Position numbers and translations under genes: made by a program | Shown: positions 37,323 through 45,486 of the stretch, one piece after another | Layout: each line of letters begins with the position of its first letter | Numbering within the stretch: the first letter of the stretch is position 1 | The notes under the pieces: generated by a model | Database searches by the model: none | What the model was told of the DNA's origin: nothing | Seen by the model: the letters and a program-made list of their open reading frames with translations, nothing else | NCBI GenBank assembly: GCA_964540995.1 | Contig: CAZIOU010000001.1 | Span: 6,742-70,741 of the forward strand | Source of the DNA: an uncultured Gammaproteobacteria bacterium | Lineage (GTDB): Bacteria; Patescibacteriota; Patescibacteriia; UBA1558; 2-01-FULL-52-15 | Reading direction: 5' to 3' | DNA: 64,000 nucleotides

Positions 37323-37328
37323 TGTAAA

Positions 37329-38987
37329 ATGTCATCTAAGTATTTTATCTACGCGCGCAAATCCTCCGAAGCTGAAGATCGGCAGGTTTTATCTATTGAG
37401 TCTCAAATCGATGATTTAACTGCTTTAGCAAACAAGCAGGGTTATCAGATTGCTGACATTTTGACTGAGGCAATGTCTGCGAAAGCTCAGGGTAGGCCTA
37501 TCTTCACATCTATGATAGAGAGAATTACAGCTGGTGAGGTAAGGGGTATTATTTGTTGGAAAGTTGATCGGCTGGCGCGAAATATGATAGATGGCGGTTG
37601 GGTTATGGATAGTCTTCAAAATGGTGTTATAGAGCATATAGTGACCCCTGAGCGCGAATATAGGCCCAAAGATAATGTACTACTAATGTCTGTCGAATTC
37701 GGAATGGCTAATCAGTTTATTCGTGATCTAAGCTCAAATGTGAAACGTGGCATACGAAAGAAAATAGAAAAAGGTCAGCTCCCTGGCGTCGCACCTTTGG
37801 GGTATATGAATCAAAAGAATCGAGAGACGGCCGAGAACCAGATTATGCCTGACCCTGATCGTTTTCAGATGATGCGGATGCTTTTTGATGAATTCTTAAA
37901 GGGTACTCACACAATTCGTACCCTGCAGGGGTTGGCACATGATTGGGGTTTCCGTAGTCCACAGAAAAGAAAAGTCGGAGGAAACTTTATGGGATCAAGT
38001 ACTGTCCACAGAATACTCACTAACCCCTTCTATTGTGGTTTTCTAAGATTTAATGGAGACATTCATAAAGGCTCACATCAGCCCATGATTACTGTAGACG
38101 AGTTTGATCGTATTCAGTTAATACTTGGGAGAAAAGGGAAGCCTCGGCCACAAAAGCATAAATTCCCATTTACAGGGATTATGGAGTGTGGCGAATGCGG
38201 AGGCAGTGTGACGGCAGAGATAAAGAAAAAGAGCTTAAAGTCAGGCGAAGTAAAATTCTACACTTACTATCATTGTACAAAGCGACTTAATCCTATGTGC
38301 ACTCAAGCATGTATTGAAACAGCCGAATTAGAGAAACAGATTGAGAGCTACTTAGAATCCATCACTATTCCTGAAGAGTTTAAAGACTGGGCTATTAGAT
38401 GGCTCAATAAGCTTAACGATCAAGAGATCAACCACAGGTCAACAATTTATATAAACCAGCAAGATACGAGAAATAAAATTCAGAACGATGTTGATGAATT
38501 AACAAAGATGAGGTTTAGAAATCTCATCAACGATGAAGAGTATATAAAACAAAAAAACCTACTTCTTAAAGAGTTGAGAAGTATGGACGAAAGACTACGA
38601 GATACTGAAGATCGTGCGTCTAAGTGGCTGGAGCTATCTGAAAAGACTTTCGATTTAGCTTGCTATGCAAAGTCATGGTTTCAAATTGGCGATATAGAGC
38701 AACGTCGCATGATTTTGACCTCACTTGGTTCGCACCAAGTGTTATTTAACAAGAAACTTACAATTACCTTGGATAAACCATTGTCAATCATCAGTGATAC
38801 GGCTGAAGAGATACGCGCAGATTGCACTCGGTTAGAACCAGAGAAAATACTGTCAGGACAAACAAAAAACAGAGCTTCAGACTCCATTTCTTCTCGATGG
38901 CTCCCCACACGGGACGGAGTTCGAACCTTTTCTAATTCAACCATGAAGCCTGAATCTCGTCTAGGCAGGCAGAAAAGAAAGGTATGA
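37329..38987 (+). CDS. Large serine recombinase
   Basis: YARKSS, EAMSAK..GRPIF, WKVDRLARN, LTNPFYCG, CGECGG...YYHC...C zinc ribbon, coiled coil. Confidence 0.95.
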   Translation: MSSKYFIYARKSSEAEDRQVLSIESQIDDLTALANKQGYQIADILTEAMSAKAQGRPIFTSMIERITAGEVRGIICWKVDRLARNMIDGGWVMDSLQNGVIEHIVTPEREYRPKDNVLLMSVEFGMANQFIRDLSSNVKRGIRKKIEKGQLPGVAPLGYMNQKNRETAENQIMPDPDRFQMMRMLFDEFLKGTHTIRTLQGLAHDWGFRSPQKRKVGGNFMGSSTVHRILTNPFYCGFLRFNGDIHKGSHQPMITVDEFDRIQLILGRKGKPRPQKHKFPFTGIMECGECGGSVTAEIKKKSLKSGEVKFYTYYHCTKRLNPMCTQACIETAELEKQIESYLESITIPEEFKDWAIRWLNKLNDQEINHRSTIYINQQDTRNKIQNDVDELTKMRFRNLINDEEYIKQKNLLLKELRSMDERLRDTEDRASKWLELSEKTFDLACYAKSWFQIGDIEQRRMILTSLGSHQVLFNKKLTITLDKPLSIISDTAEEIRADCTRLEPEKILSGQTKNRASDSISSRWLPTRDGVRTFSNSTMKPESRLGRQKRKV

Positions 38988-39157
38988 ATCTGTCAAAGGA
39001 GGACCTTGACGAACTCAAGGAAATTTATTTTAAGGAGACTAGAAAGAGGCTTACGGATGACGAAGCTCTAGCTATGGCACGTCAGCTGTTTCGAGTCTAT
39101 AGGGTTTTATATAGTAGAAAGCCAAACCAGCCAGCTGACCCCATTCTAGACAAATAA
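38984..39157 (+). CDS. 57-aa helical protein coupled to the recombinase
   Basis: ATGA overlap; MNLSKEDLDELKEIYFKETRKRLTDDEALAMARQLFRVYRVLY... Confidence 0.7.
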   Translation: MNLSKEDLDELKEIYFKETRKRLTDDEALAMARQLFRVYRVLYSRKPNQPADPILDK

Positions 39158-39245
39158 CCCAATCTCTGGTATTGCTACTTTGTTGTTAATTCTCTCCAGC
39201 CTTCTGCCTACGCATGGTGCGCAGTCAGCATTTCTGGAGGGAATT

Positions 39246-39644
39246 GTGAAACGCTTTGCTCTTCTGTCCTTTAGCTTACTCTGCCTAGCTTTCACGGCTC
39301 TGGTCGGATTCCACATCGGACAAGGAACTGCCACGGCCCAGAGCGGACTGATGTCGACCTCGGCAGTCGTGACCGTCGGCTTTCAAAAAGCTCTCCTGGT
39401 CAATGGCGAAATCTGGAAACTCGAAATCGGCGCAGGCTGGTTAAATACCGGCCAGTCTTCACCAGTCCCGGTCACAGACGTTGTCTTTCTCTTCGAAACA
39501 GATGGCTCCGACCCGGCCATTATCGATCGAAGTGGAAACGGATGGGGTTATCGCAATAATCACTGGACAAACTACGGACCGCCACCCGTTGCTGTGACAA
39601 CACAGCCGACCACCTGGAGCGCCATCAAGGCGCAGCACAGGTAA
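39246..39644 (+). CDS. Secreted protein with C-terminal T-W-x-x-I-K tail
   Basis: GGAGG SD plus GTG, signal peptide, ends PVAVTTQPTTWSAIKAQHR; hairpin at 39652-39680. Confidence 0.75.
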   Translation: MKRFALLSFSLLCLAFTALVGFHIGQGTATAQSGLMSTSAVVTVGFQKALLVNGEIWKLEIGAGWLNTGQSSPVPVTDVVFLFETDGSDPAIIDRSGNGWGYRNNHWTNYGPPPVAVTTQPTTWSAIKAQHR

Positions 39645-39822
39645 AACCAAGCGGCCAGCTTCGCGATGCGAAGCTGGCCGTTGAACATTTTAAATACAGT
39701 TAGGTAGGATGCTCTTGAAGAGCTTAAGAAGATTCATCTCGAGGAAACCGTGAAGATACTGGCTGAGAATCAGGCGCTGACTATTGCAAGGAATTTGTTT
39801 GCTCTGGTTAAAGCTCTTGGCT

Positions 39823-40818
39823 CTAGGCGCGACCCTGACGCCTAGCGTCAGACCATGGCTTCTCATATTTCTCGTAATACTCTCTTTCAAGTAATCCGGG
39901 GTGGAGACTTCCATCAAGCATTTTCTGCATAACTTCTCTGTTACTACCATAAGCAAACTCAATAGCATGGGACGCAATCAGAATGTTGAACAACCTCACG
40001 ACCTTATCTTGCGCGGAAAATAGTGCCTCTCTCTTGATCTTCGTTGAACCCATCGGATATGTCAATTGAATTAGAATCTCTGGCGTGAGTGCGAAGTATT
40101 TATTTCTATCTAAAAAAGTTGGACCATAAAAAGTCTTTGGTGGCAGCCACCACTCCACGATTGGAGAGTCAGAAGTGATGAATTGCTCATTGCCCTTAGC
40201 AATATATATTTTCCATTTCATTCCATAGAACATATTCGCGAAGCCCGGACCACCAAACCCTAAGTGTGTGGTCATAAATTTGAGATGTTGCGCGTTACTG
40301 ACACGCAAATCCCAGTTATCACTTCTCATAAACTCTAAGAGGTCATCTTTTTCCTTCTCTGTCATGACTTTCCCGGTATCCTTCAGATATTTGTTAATGG
40401 TCTCACGATCAAACCAGTTAATCATAACTTTCGCTGCCTGCTTTTCATAAGATTGGATTTGCTCTCTCATGGCTGGTGAACGTAGCCACATCAAACTCAT
40501 AAAGACTGAAAGAATGTATTTGTCCGTGTCGTCTAAATATTGATAGTCAACAATCTTCTTAATGATTACTGGAAGTTCCTTGGCGATCGCATCCTCAAAT
40601 TGATTTAGCCAGGATTCAACTTGCTGTGACACCTCATCTGGCTCACCTGTTCTTCCGGCATAATAGTAGTGTTTATAACCAATGCCTGACGTCGGTTTCG
40701 GATTGCTTAGACGTTTATTCTTTAGGTCTAGCGGATGCAGCTTACCATCTTCATCAGTAAACCTTCTCAGATAGAACTGAGGCACATAATGTTGTTTTTT
40801 TGTTTCCGTGTCCGCCAT
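39823..40818 (-). CDS. DUF4238 domain protein
   Basis: KKQHYVPQFYLRRF, FITSDSP. Confidence 0.88.
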   Translation of the reverse strand: MADTETKKQHYVPQFYLRRFTDEDGKLHPLDLKNKRLSNPKPTSGIGYKHYYYAGRTGEPDEVSQQVESWLNQFEDAIAKELPVIIKKIVDYQYLDDTDKYILSVFMSLMWLRSPAMREQIQSYEKQAAKVMINWFDRETINKYLKDTGKVMTEKEKDDLLEFMRSDNWDLRVSNAQHLKFMTTHLGFGGPGFANMFYGMKWKIYIAKGNEQFITSDSPIVEWWLPPKTFYGPTFLDRNKYFALTPEILIQLTYPMGSTKIKREALFSAQDKVVRLFNILIASHAIEFAYGSNREVMQKMLDGSLHPGLLEREYYEKYEKPWSDARRQGRA

Positions 40819-40961
40819 AGAGTCGTAATAGCAAGTTATTACGGCAGGGTCAACCTAATAGGTTGAGATCTCTATCGCCCTTTTTTGGTTATCCACACCT
40901 CCCCGTACACATTCTACTTTAACCCATCTAGACGGACATAAAAAAACAGCCTTTTCAGACT

Positions 40962-40993
40962 TGGCTCACCATTAGGGATTCGAACCCCTAATT
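40962..40993 (-). other. tRNA 3'-end remnant (probable att site)
   Basis: Minus strand reads ttaggggttcgaatccctaatggtgagcca (T-arm plus CCA) with no matching 5' acceptor strand. Confidence 0.6.
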
Positions 40994-41048
40994 ATGAATT
41001 GCGTATTCCCAATTACGCCTTACGCTTTACGTATTACGATCTATAAAC

Positions 41049-41123
41049 TGGTGACCCTACCGGGAATCGAACCCGGATTGCAAGGTTGAGAACCTTGTGT
41101 CCTAACCGTTAGACGATAAGGCC
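41049..41123 (-). tRNA. tRNA-Glu (CTC)
   Basis: ggccttatcgtctaacggttaggacacaaggttCTCaaccttgcaatccgggttcgattcccggtagggtcacca folds as a full cloverleaf with CCA. Confidence 0.96.
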
Positions 41124-41131
41124 GTATTTGC

Positions 41132-41265
41132 GGTGCTTGGTACTAGCTGCTTGGTGCTCGGAAATCGTTACCGGATCGTGAATACCGAATTCCTCTCTTC
41201 CCAGTCCCGAGTAACGAGTACCTAGTACCTAGTACCTAGTACCGAACTAACTAATAACAAATAAC
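41132..41265. repeat. Heptamer-periodic inverted repeat
   Basis: ggtgctt ggtacta gctgctt ggtgctc ggaaatc ... (tagtacc)3. Confidence 0.8.
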
Positions 41266-41337
41266 ACTTTCTTCAATTCTTTTCAAGTCCCAAATAAAAC
41301 CCGCCTAAGTTGTTTAGGCGGGGATAGGTTCGGCTCG

Positions 41338-41670
41338 TCAGCTGAAGCCTTTCTTGGCTGGTATCAGCCACAGCGGTTGACGCAGGATGACCGACAGTGA
41401 GTCACCGAAATAGAAGTAGGGATCGCTCGTCAGACCGATAGTACGACCATACTGACGCAGTGCCTTTGCTTCTGTCGGCCCATGCGCCATTTCGATCTGA
41501 TAAATGACGGCCTGGAAGGCGATAATGGCCTGCTTGCGCTGGACTCGGAGGCTGTCAACTTGTGTTTGCAGTGACTGCACACGATGCCGATACTGTTCGG
41601 TCTGCGCAACGGCTGCGAGGCCAGTGAGACCGAGGACGTACCCGATGATTATAACCATGTTGCGACGCAC
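41338..41670 (-). CDS. Small TM/coiled-coil hypothetical protein
   Basis: AAGGAG SD plus GTG at 41670; terminator hairpin at 41296-41323. Confidence 0.6.
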   Translation of the reverse strand: MRRNMVIIIGYVLGLTGLAAVAQTEQYRHRVQSLQTQVDSLRVQRKQAIIAFQAVIYQIEMAHGPTEAKALRQYGRTIGLTSDPYFYFGDSLSVILRQPLWLIPAKKGFS

Positions 41671-41797
41671 GGCTTGGCTCCTTCGGATAGGTAGAGTAGT
41701 AAGGAACGATACACTGAAATCGTAGTCCAACAGGCTACTTTGTCAATGCTGGATTAAAAAAAAGGGACTCGATTACTCAAGTCCCTTGCGTCATAGG

Positions 41798-42022
41798 CTA
41801 GCCTCCTGGATCGTTGCAGTTGCAGGGTCCGGATGGAAATCGGCGTTGATTACATGTGGAGCAGATAGCGTAACTACAGCGGCCGTTCGGCAAACTTCTC
41901 CAAGCAGAGAAATAATATTCTGCACCGCAGGAGCTACAAACAAAAGTTGATTCCCAGTCGTTGGTATTTGTCTGTCGATCTGCTTCACATTTGGTTACAT
42001 ATCCGGTGCATTGATAGCTCAT
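41798..42022 (-). CDS. 74-aa Cys-rich protein
   Basis: CSSC, CSTC, CNC; AAGGAG SD; terminator at 41757-41787. Confidence 0.65.
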   Translation of the reverse strand: MSYQCTGYVTKCEADRQTNTNDWESTFVCSSCGAEYYFSAWRSLPNGRCSYAICSTCNQRRFPSGPCNCNDPGG

Positions 42023-42103
42023 ATGACACTCCTTGGAGCAAAGAAAGCGGGACAGCTGTCGCTGTCCCGCCCAAGTGTACTACTCCAACTAGTTTGTCGG
42101 AGA

Positions 42104-42466
42104 TTACAGGTCATCATCGAGGTCGAGCTCGAAGACATCGTCTCGCAGTTTTCGTTTTGAACCAGGGATTTGATTCAGATCGTCATCAAGATCGAAACGT
42201 GTCTTTGTTGCTCCGAATGCTTGAGGATGGCTGTCACTAGAGTGCCGATGAAGTCGATCAAATCGATCCTCGAAACGATCGCCATCGACGTCGAAAGTGA
42301 CTCGTTCAACAATGGGCAGATCGAGAGGTTCTGGGTCGATGGGCTCGATTGGTTTCACCAAGTCATCCTTGAATTTCCGGCTGCGCTGACCGTAGGGGTC
42401 GGTTGCATCAACTGGATTCAGTTCGTGGGTGACGTGTGGTCTCATGTCTCTCATCGGGAAGGGCAT
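42104..42466 (-). CDS. Small acidic hypothetical protein
   Basis: Asp-rich, repeated DLDDDL; upstream TTGACG-17-CATAAT; hairpin at 42048-42070. Confidence 0.55.
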   Translation of the reverse strand: MPFPMRDMRPHVTHELNPVDATDPYGQRSRKFKDDLVKPIEPIDPEPLDLPIVERVTFDVDGDRFEDRFDRLHRHSSDSHPQAFGATKTRFDLDDDLNQIPGSKRKLRDDVFELDLDDDL

Positions 42467-42698
42467 GGTGAACTCGCTTTGCTGATATTGACCGGTATCA
42501 TCTACTCAGACATTTGCCGAGTAGAAAAATTGTTAAAAGATCTAATAATTATATTATGGTATATATGCTTTAATCCGTCAATGTTATTGTCAAGAGCTAT
42601 TTTACTAGCAAAAATCACTAGTTTTGACCGATGAATTTGGTGGTGCAAATAGACTGTAAATTGATTTTTGCCAGCGTACTTGATAATATCAAATAACT

Positions 42699-43388
42699 AT
42701 GTCTGAAATTATTAGCGTACCTCGACACATCGGCATCATCCCCGACGGTAATCGTCGCTGGGCCAAGGCCAAGGGCTTACCAAGCCTCAAAGGCCACGAG
42801 GCTGGCTTCAAAGTATTGCCATCAGTGGCTGAAGCGGCCTTTGATGCTGGAGTGGAGGTGTTCTCAGCTTGGGGCTTCTCGACTGAGAATTGGAATCGTA
42901 CTGCTGAAGAAGTGTCCTATCTGATGGATCTTTTTATTCATTACTTAGGTCAAGAAGCCAACGAATTGCATCAGAAAAATATCAAATTATTAGTGAGCGG
43001 TTCACGAGCAGAGTTGAGCGACAAGCTGGTGCAGGCTATCGAGCAGGCAGAGCAACTGACAGGTAATAATAGTAGAGGAGTGATCAACGTTTGTCTGAAT
43101 TATGGTGGTCGACAGGAATTGGTAGATGCGGTCAATGGATTAATCAAAGAAGGCAAGACGGCAGTTACGGCCGACGATCTTACACGCCATTTGTATCATC
43201 AATTACCTGACTTAGACCTGATTATCCGCACAGCAGGGGAGCGGCGGTTGTCTGGCTTCATGCCGTGGCAGGGAATCTACAGTGAACTGTATTTTAGCGA
43301 CAAGCTATGGCCAGATTTCTCACCTGATGACTTGCACGCGGCGCTGCAAGATTTCGCCAATCGTAAACGCACCTTTGGTGGAAATTGA
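42699..43388 (+). CDS. uppS: Undecaprenyl diphosphate synthase
   Basis: HIGIIPDGNRRWA, FSTENWNR, NYGGRQE, IIRTAGERRLSGF. Confidence 0.97.
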   Translation: MSEIISVPRHIGIIPDGNRRWAKAKGLPSLKGHEAGFKVLPSVAEAAFDAGVEVFSAWGFSTENWNRTAEEVSYLMDLFIHYLGQEANELHQKNIKLLVSGSRAELSDKLVQAIEQAEQLTGNNSRGVINVCLNYGGRQELVDAVNGLIKEGKTAVTADDLTRHLYHQLPDLDLIIRTAGERRLSGFMPWQGIYSELYFSDKLWPDFSPDDLHAALQDFANRKRTFGGN

Positions 43389-43397
43389 ATTAGAACC

Positions 43398-43500
43398 AAG
43401 TATAAAGTAGAAAGTATAAGGTATAAAGTATGTGGCCTAAGGTAGGAACAGAACGTAACAATACATTATACATTCTACCTAATACCTAATACTTTTTAAT
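43398..43500. repeat. AT-rich heptamer-periodic inverted repeat
   Basis: aagtata aagtaga aagtata aggtata aagtatg ... aatacat tatacat tctacct aatacct aatactt. Confidence 0.8.
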
Positions 43501-43508
43501 AATATTTT

Positions 43509-43832
43509 ATGACGCCAGAACGCTGGGAACAAGTCAAACGATTACTTCAAGACCAGTTTGAGATCGCTGATGAGTACGATGAGCAGCTCGATCCGGGTTC
43601 GGCCCACTGTCTCGAATGCATCTCGCCGCTCGGTACATTAAAAATTTGTTTTGTTACGCAACCGAAACTTCTGGACAAAAAAACCAATTATTCTCATCGT
43701 GCTGGCGGTGAAACTTCTGTTTCGTATGAATATGACTCAAATGAGCAATCTTCGCACTTAGAGATTTCTCGTTGGGATGAAGCGTCGGGCAGCTGGCAAG
43801 AAATGTCGCCCGACACGCTACCGCTGACTTGA
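43509..43832 (+). CDS. Hypothetical protein (CPR-type)
   Basis: 107 aa ORF with core-like codon usage. Confidence 0.75.
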   Translation: MTPERWEQVKRLLQDQFEIADEYDEQLDPGSAHCLECISPLGTLKICFVTQPKLLDKKTNYSHRAGGETSVSYEYDSNEQSSHLEISRWDEASGSWQEMSPDTLPLT

Positions 43833-43874
43833 CTAAGTGTGGTATAATTTCTGATGTTGAAAGGAGGTGACATT

Positions 43875-44291
43875 GTGAAATTATCAGAACAATTAAAACT
43901 TTTAGAAATTACCATTGCCTTCACGGCCATATTGTATGTGGCTTCGATTGTGATGACGTATTATTTGAGTCCTCTTTATAGCTCCTTTGATACTACGATT
44001 TGGTTCGAACCATCGACCAATTGGAAACTCGGCAGCTATTTTGTGCAATCCTTACTGTTTGTCCTTGGTTATTCCTTGTTATATAACGGTATTCCGGGCA
44101 AAGGTATTCAGAAAGGCGTTCAATACGGTTTCTGGTTATGGATGATCGGTACGTTACCGACTTTATTCCTCTGCTTATCAGCTTTGGCTTTGCCTCTCGA
44201 ATTAACCATATCCTGGATGGTGACCTGGTTAGCTGCTAATGTATTATTTGGTCTCCTGATCGGTTGGATGTATCAGCCTCATAAGAAATAA
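43875..44291 (+). CDS. 4-TM membrane protein
   Basis: AAGGAGGTG SD before GTG 43875; KGVQYG motif. Confidence 0.7.
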   Translation: MKLSEQLKLLEITIAFTAILYVASIVMTYYLSPLYSSFDTTIWFEPSTNWKLGSYFVQSLLFVLGYSLLYNGIPGKGIQKGVQYGFWLWMIGTLPTLFLCLSALALPLELTISWMVTWLAANVLFGLLIGWMYQPHKK

Positions 44292-44294
44292 TCA

Positions 44295-44726
44295 ATGTTT
44301 CATCGGATTAGAGTAATAGCTTTTATTATCGTGTTGGTCGCTATCGGCGGCGCGGTGGCTTGGTATCTTCAAGTCAATCACACTGGCACCGCTTCGCAAG
44401 CTTCGGGTGATCAGGCTACCCGACCAATCTTATCGGCTGGCGATTATCAGCAACGTGTGACGACCGTTTTGTCACGAGTATCAGCTGCGCCCGCTGATTC
44501 GCTTCCGGCAGCCATTACAGCGGCCCAGACAGAGCTCCAGACGCTGGTAGTCAATGATGATGTCAAATACGACCATCTGGCTCTATTTATGGCCTTTGAT
44601 CTCTGGGCACGTAAGACTCCTAATTATGACGAATTGGTCAGGAGTAAATTGGCGGCCTTTGCCCAACATCAGACCTGGTCAGCTGCTTCAGTGCAGGCCG
44701 TGATCTCCAAGCTTCCTACTTCCTAA
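44295..44726 (+). CDS. Hypothetical membrane-anchored protein
   Basis: N-terminal TM; tight operon spacing. Confidence 0.7.
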   Translation: MFHRIRVIAFIIVLVAIGGAVAWYLQVNHTGTASQASGDQATRPILSAGDYQQRVTTVLSRVSAAPADSLPAAITAAQTELQTLVVNDDVKYDHLALFMAFDLWARKTPNYDELVRSKLAAFAQHQTWSAASVQAVISKLPTS

Positions 44727-44727
44727 T

Positions 44728-45486
44728 ATGACGCGTCGTCTCTTGTATTACAGCTCATTGCTTTGGGTTTTTCTTGGCTTCTTCGCTGCTGTTACCTGGT
44801 GGCACTGGCTGCTCTATATCATGGCGGCTATTTTTATTATCACGGTATTGGGTTTTCGTAGTTTTAGTCGTAAGCCGTTCCGCACCGATGGTTGGCTGTG
44901 GGTCTCCTATGCTTTCTTAGTAACCTTCGCCTATCCGCAGTTTCTCCAATTTGCCGATACCGAATCGCCAGTCTTGTCTTGGTTGTATGCCTTATTAATC
45001 TTATTTCTTTGGTGGTGGCTGCTTTTTTCTGTTAGTCAATATTATAGCTCCAGCAAGATCTTCTCTTCCCAACAATACATTGAGGTCAATCAATTTATCC
45101 AGCTGCTGACCTTCTGGCAGATAAGTAACCTAACCTATTTTTCTTTAGTTAACTTGAATTTTCCCTTCTGGTTGGCGGTCTTGATCATAGCGGCCGTGAC
45201 GTTCTTATTCACTTGGCAAATGATCCGGGTGCATGGGCAGAAGAAAGGTTCTCTCTGGCTGATCCTGACTGCTTGCACGGCAACTACGGTAGAGCTATTT
45301 ATCGCTATCAACCTATTACCGATGAGTTATTATATGCAGTCGGTATTTGTCAGCTTGTGGTTCTTCTTCGTCACCTATCTGACGGTGGCTGGGCAGGATG
45401 TCTCTAGTAGGCGTAAACTCTTCTTCCGAAGCTTGATTTTTATCCTTCTGGCTGTTATGGTCTTAGTCCTAACACGACTGTACTAA
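44728..45486 (+). CDS. Polytopic membrane protein
   Basis: About 8 hydrophobic helices. Confidence 0.75.
   Translation: MTRRLLYYSSLLWVFLGFFAAVTWWHWLLYIMAAIFIITVLGFRSFSRKPFRTDGWLWVSYAFLVTFAYPQFLQFADTESPVLSWLYALLILFLWWWLLFSVSQYYSSSKIFSSQQYIEVNQFIQLLTFWQISNLTYFSLVNLNFPFWLAVLIIAAVTFLFTWQMIRVHGQKKGSLWLILTACTATTVELFIAINLLPMSYYMQSVFVSLWFFFVTYLTVAGQDVSSRRKLFFRSLIFILLAVMVLVLTRLY

Larger units (their letters stand above)
31900..40990. mobile_element. Serine-recombinase defence island adjacent to tRNA-Glu
   Basis: AT-rich compositional shift, recombinase, tRNA-3'-like att remnants and defence cargo; left boundary approximate. Confidence 0.7.

Noticed and set aside
40962-41040. Second tRNA gene next to tRNA-Glu
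   Set aside because: Only a T-arm and CCA end are present, with no complementary 5' acceptor strand, D-arm or anticodon arm. Treated as an att remnant.
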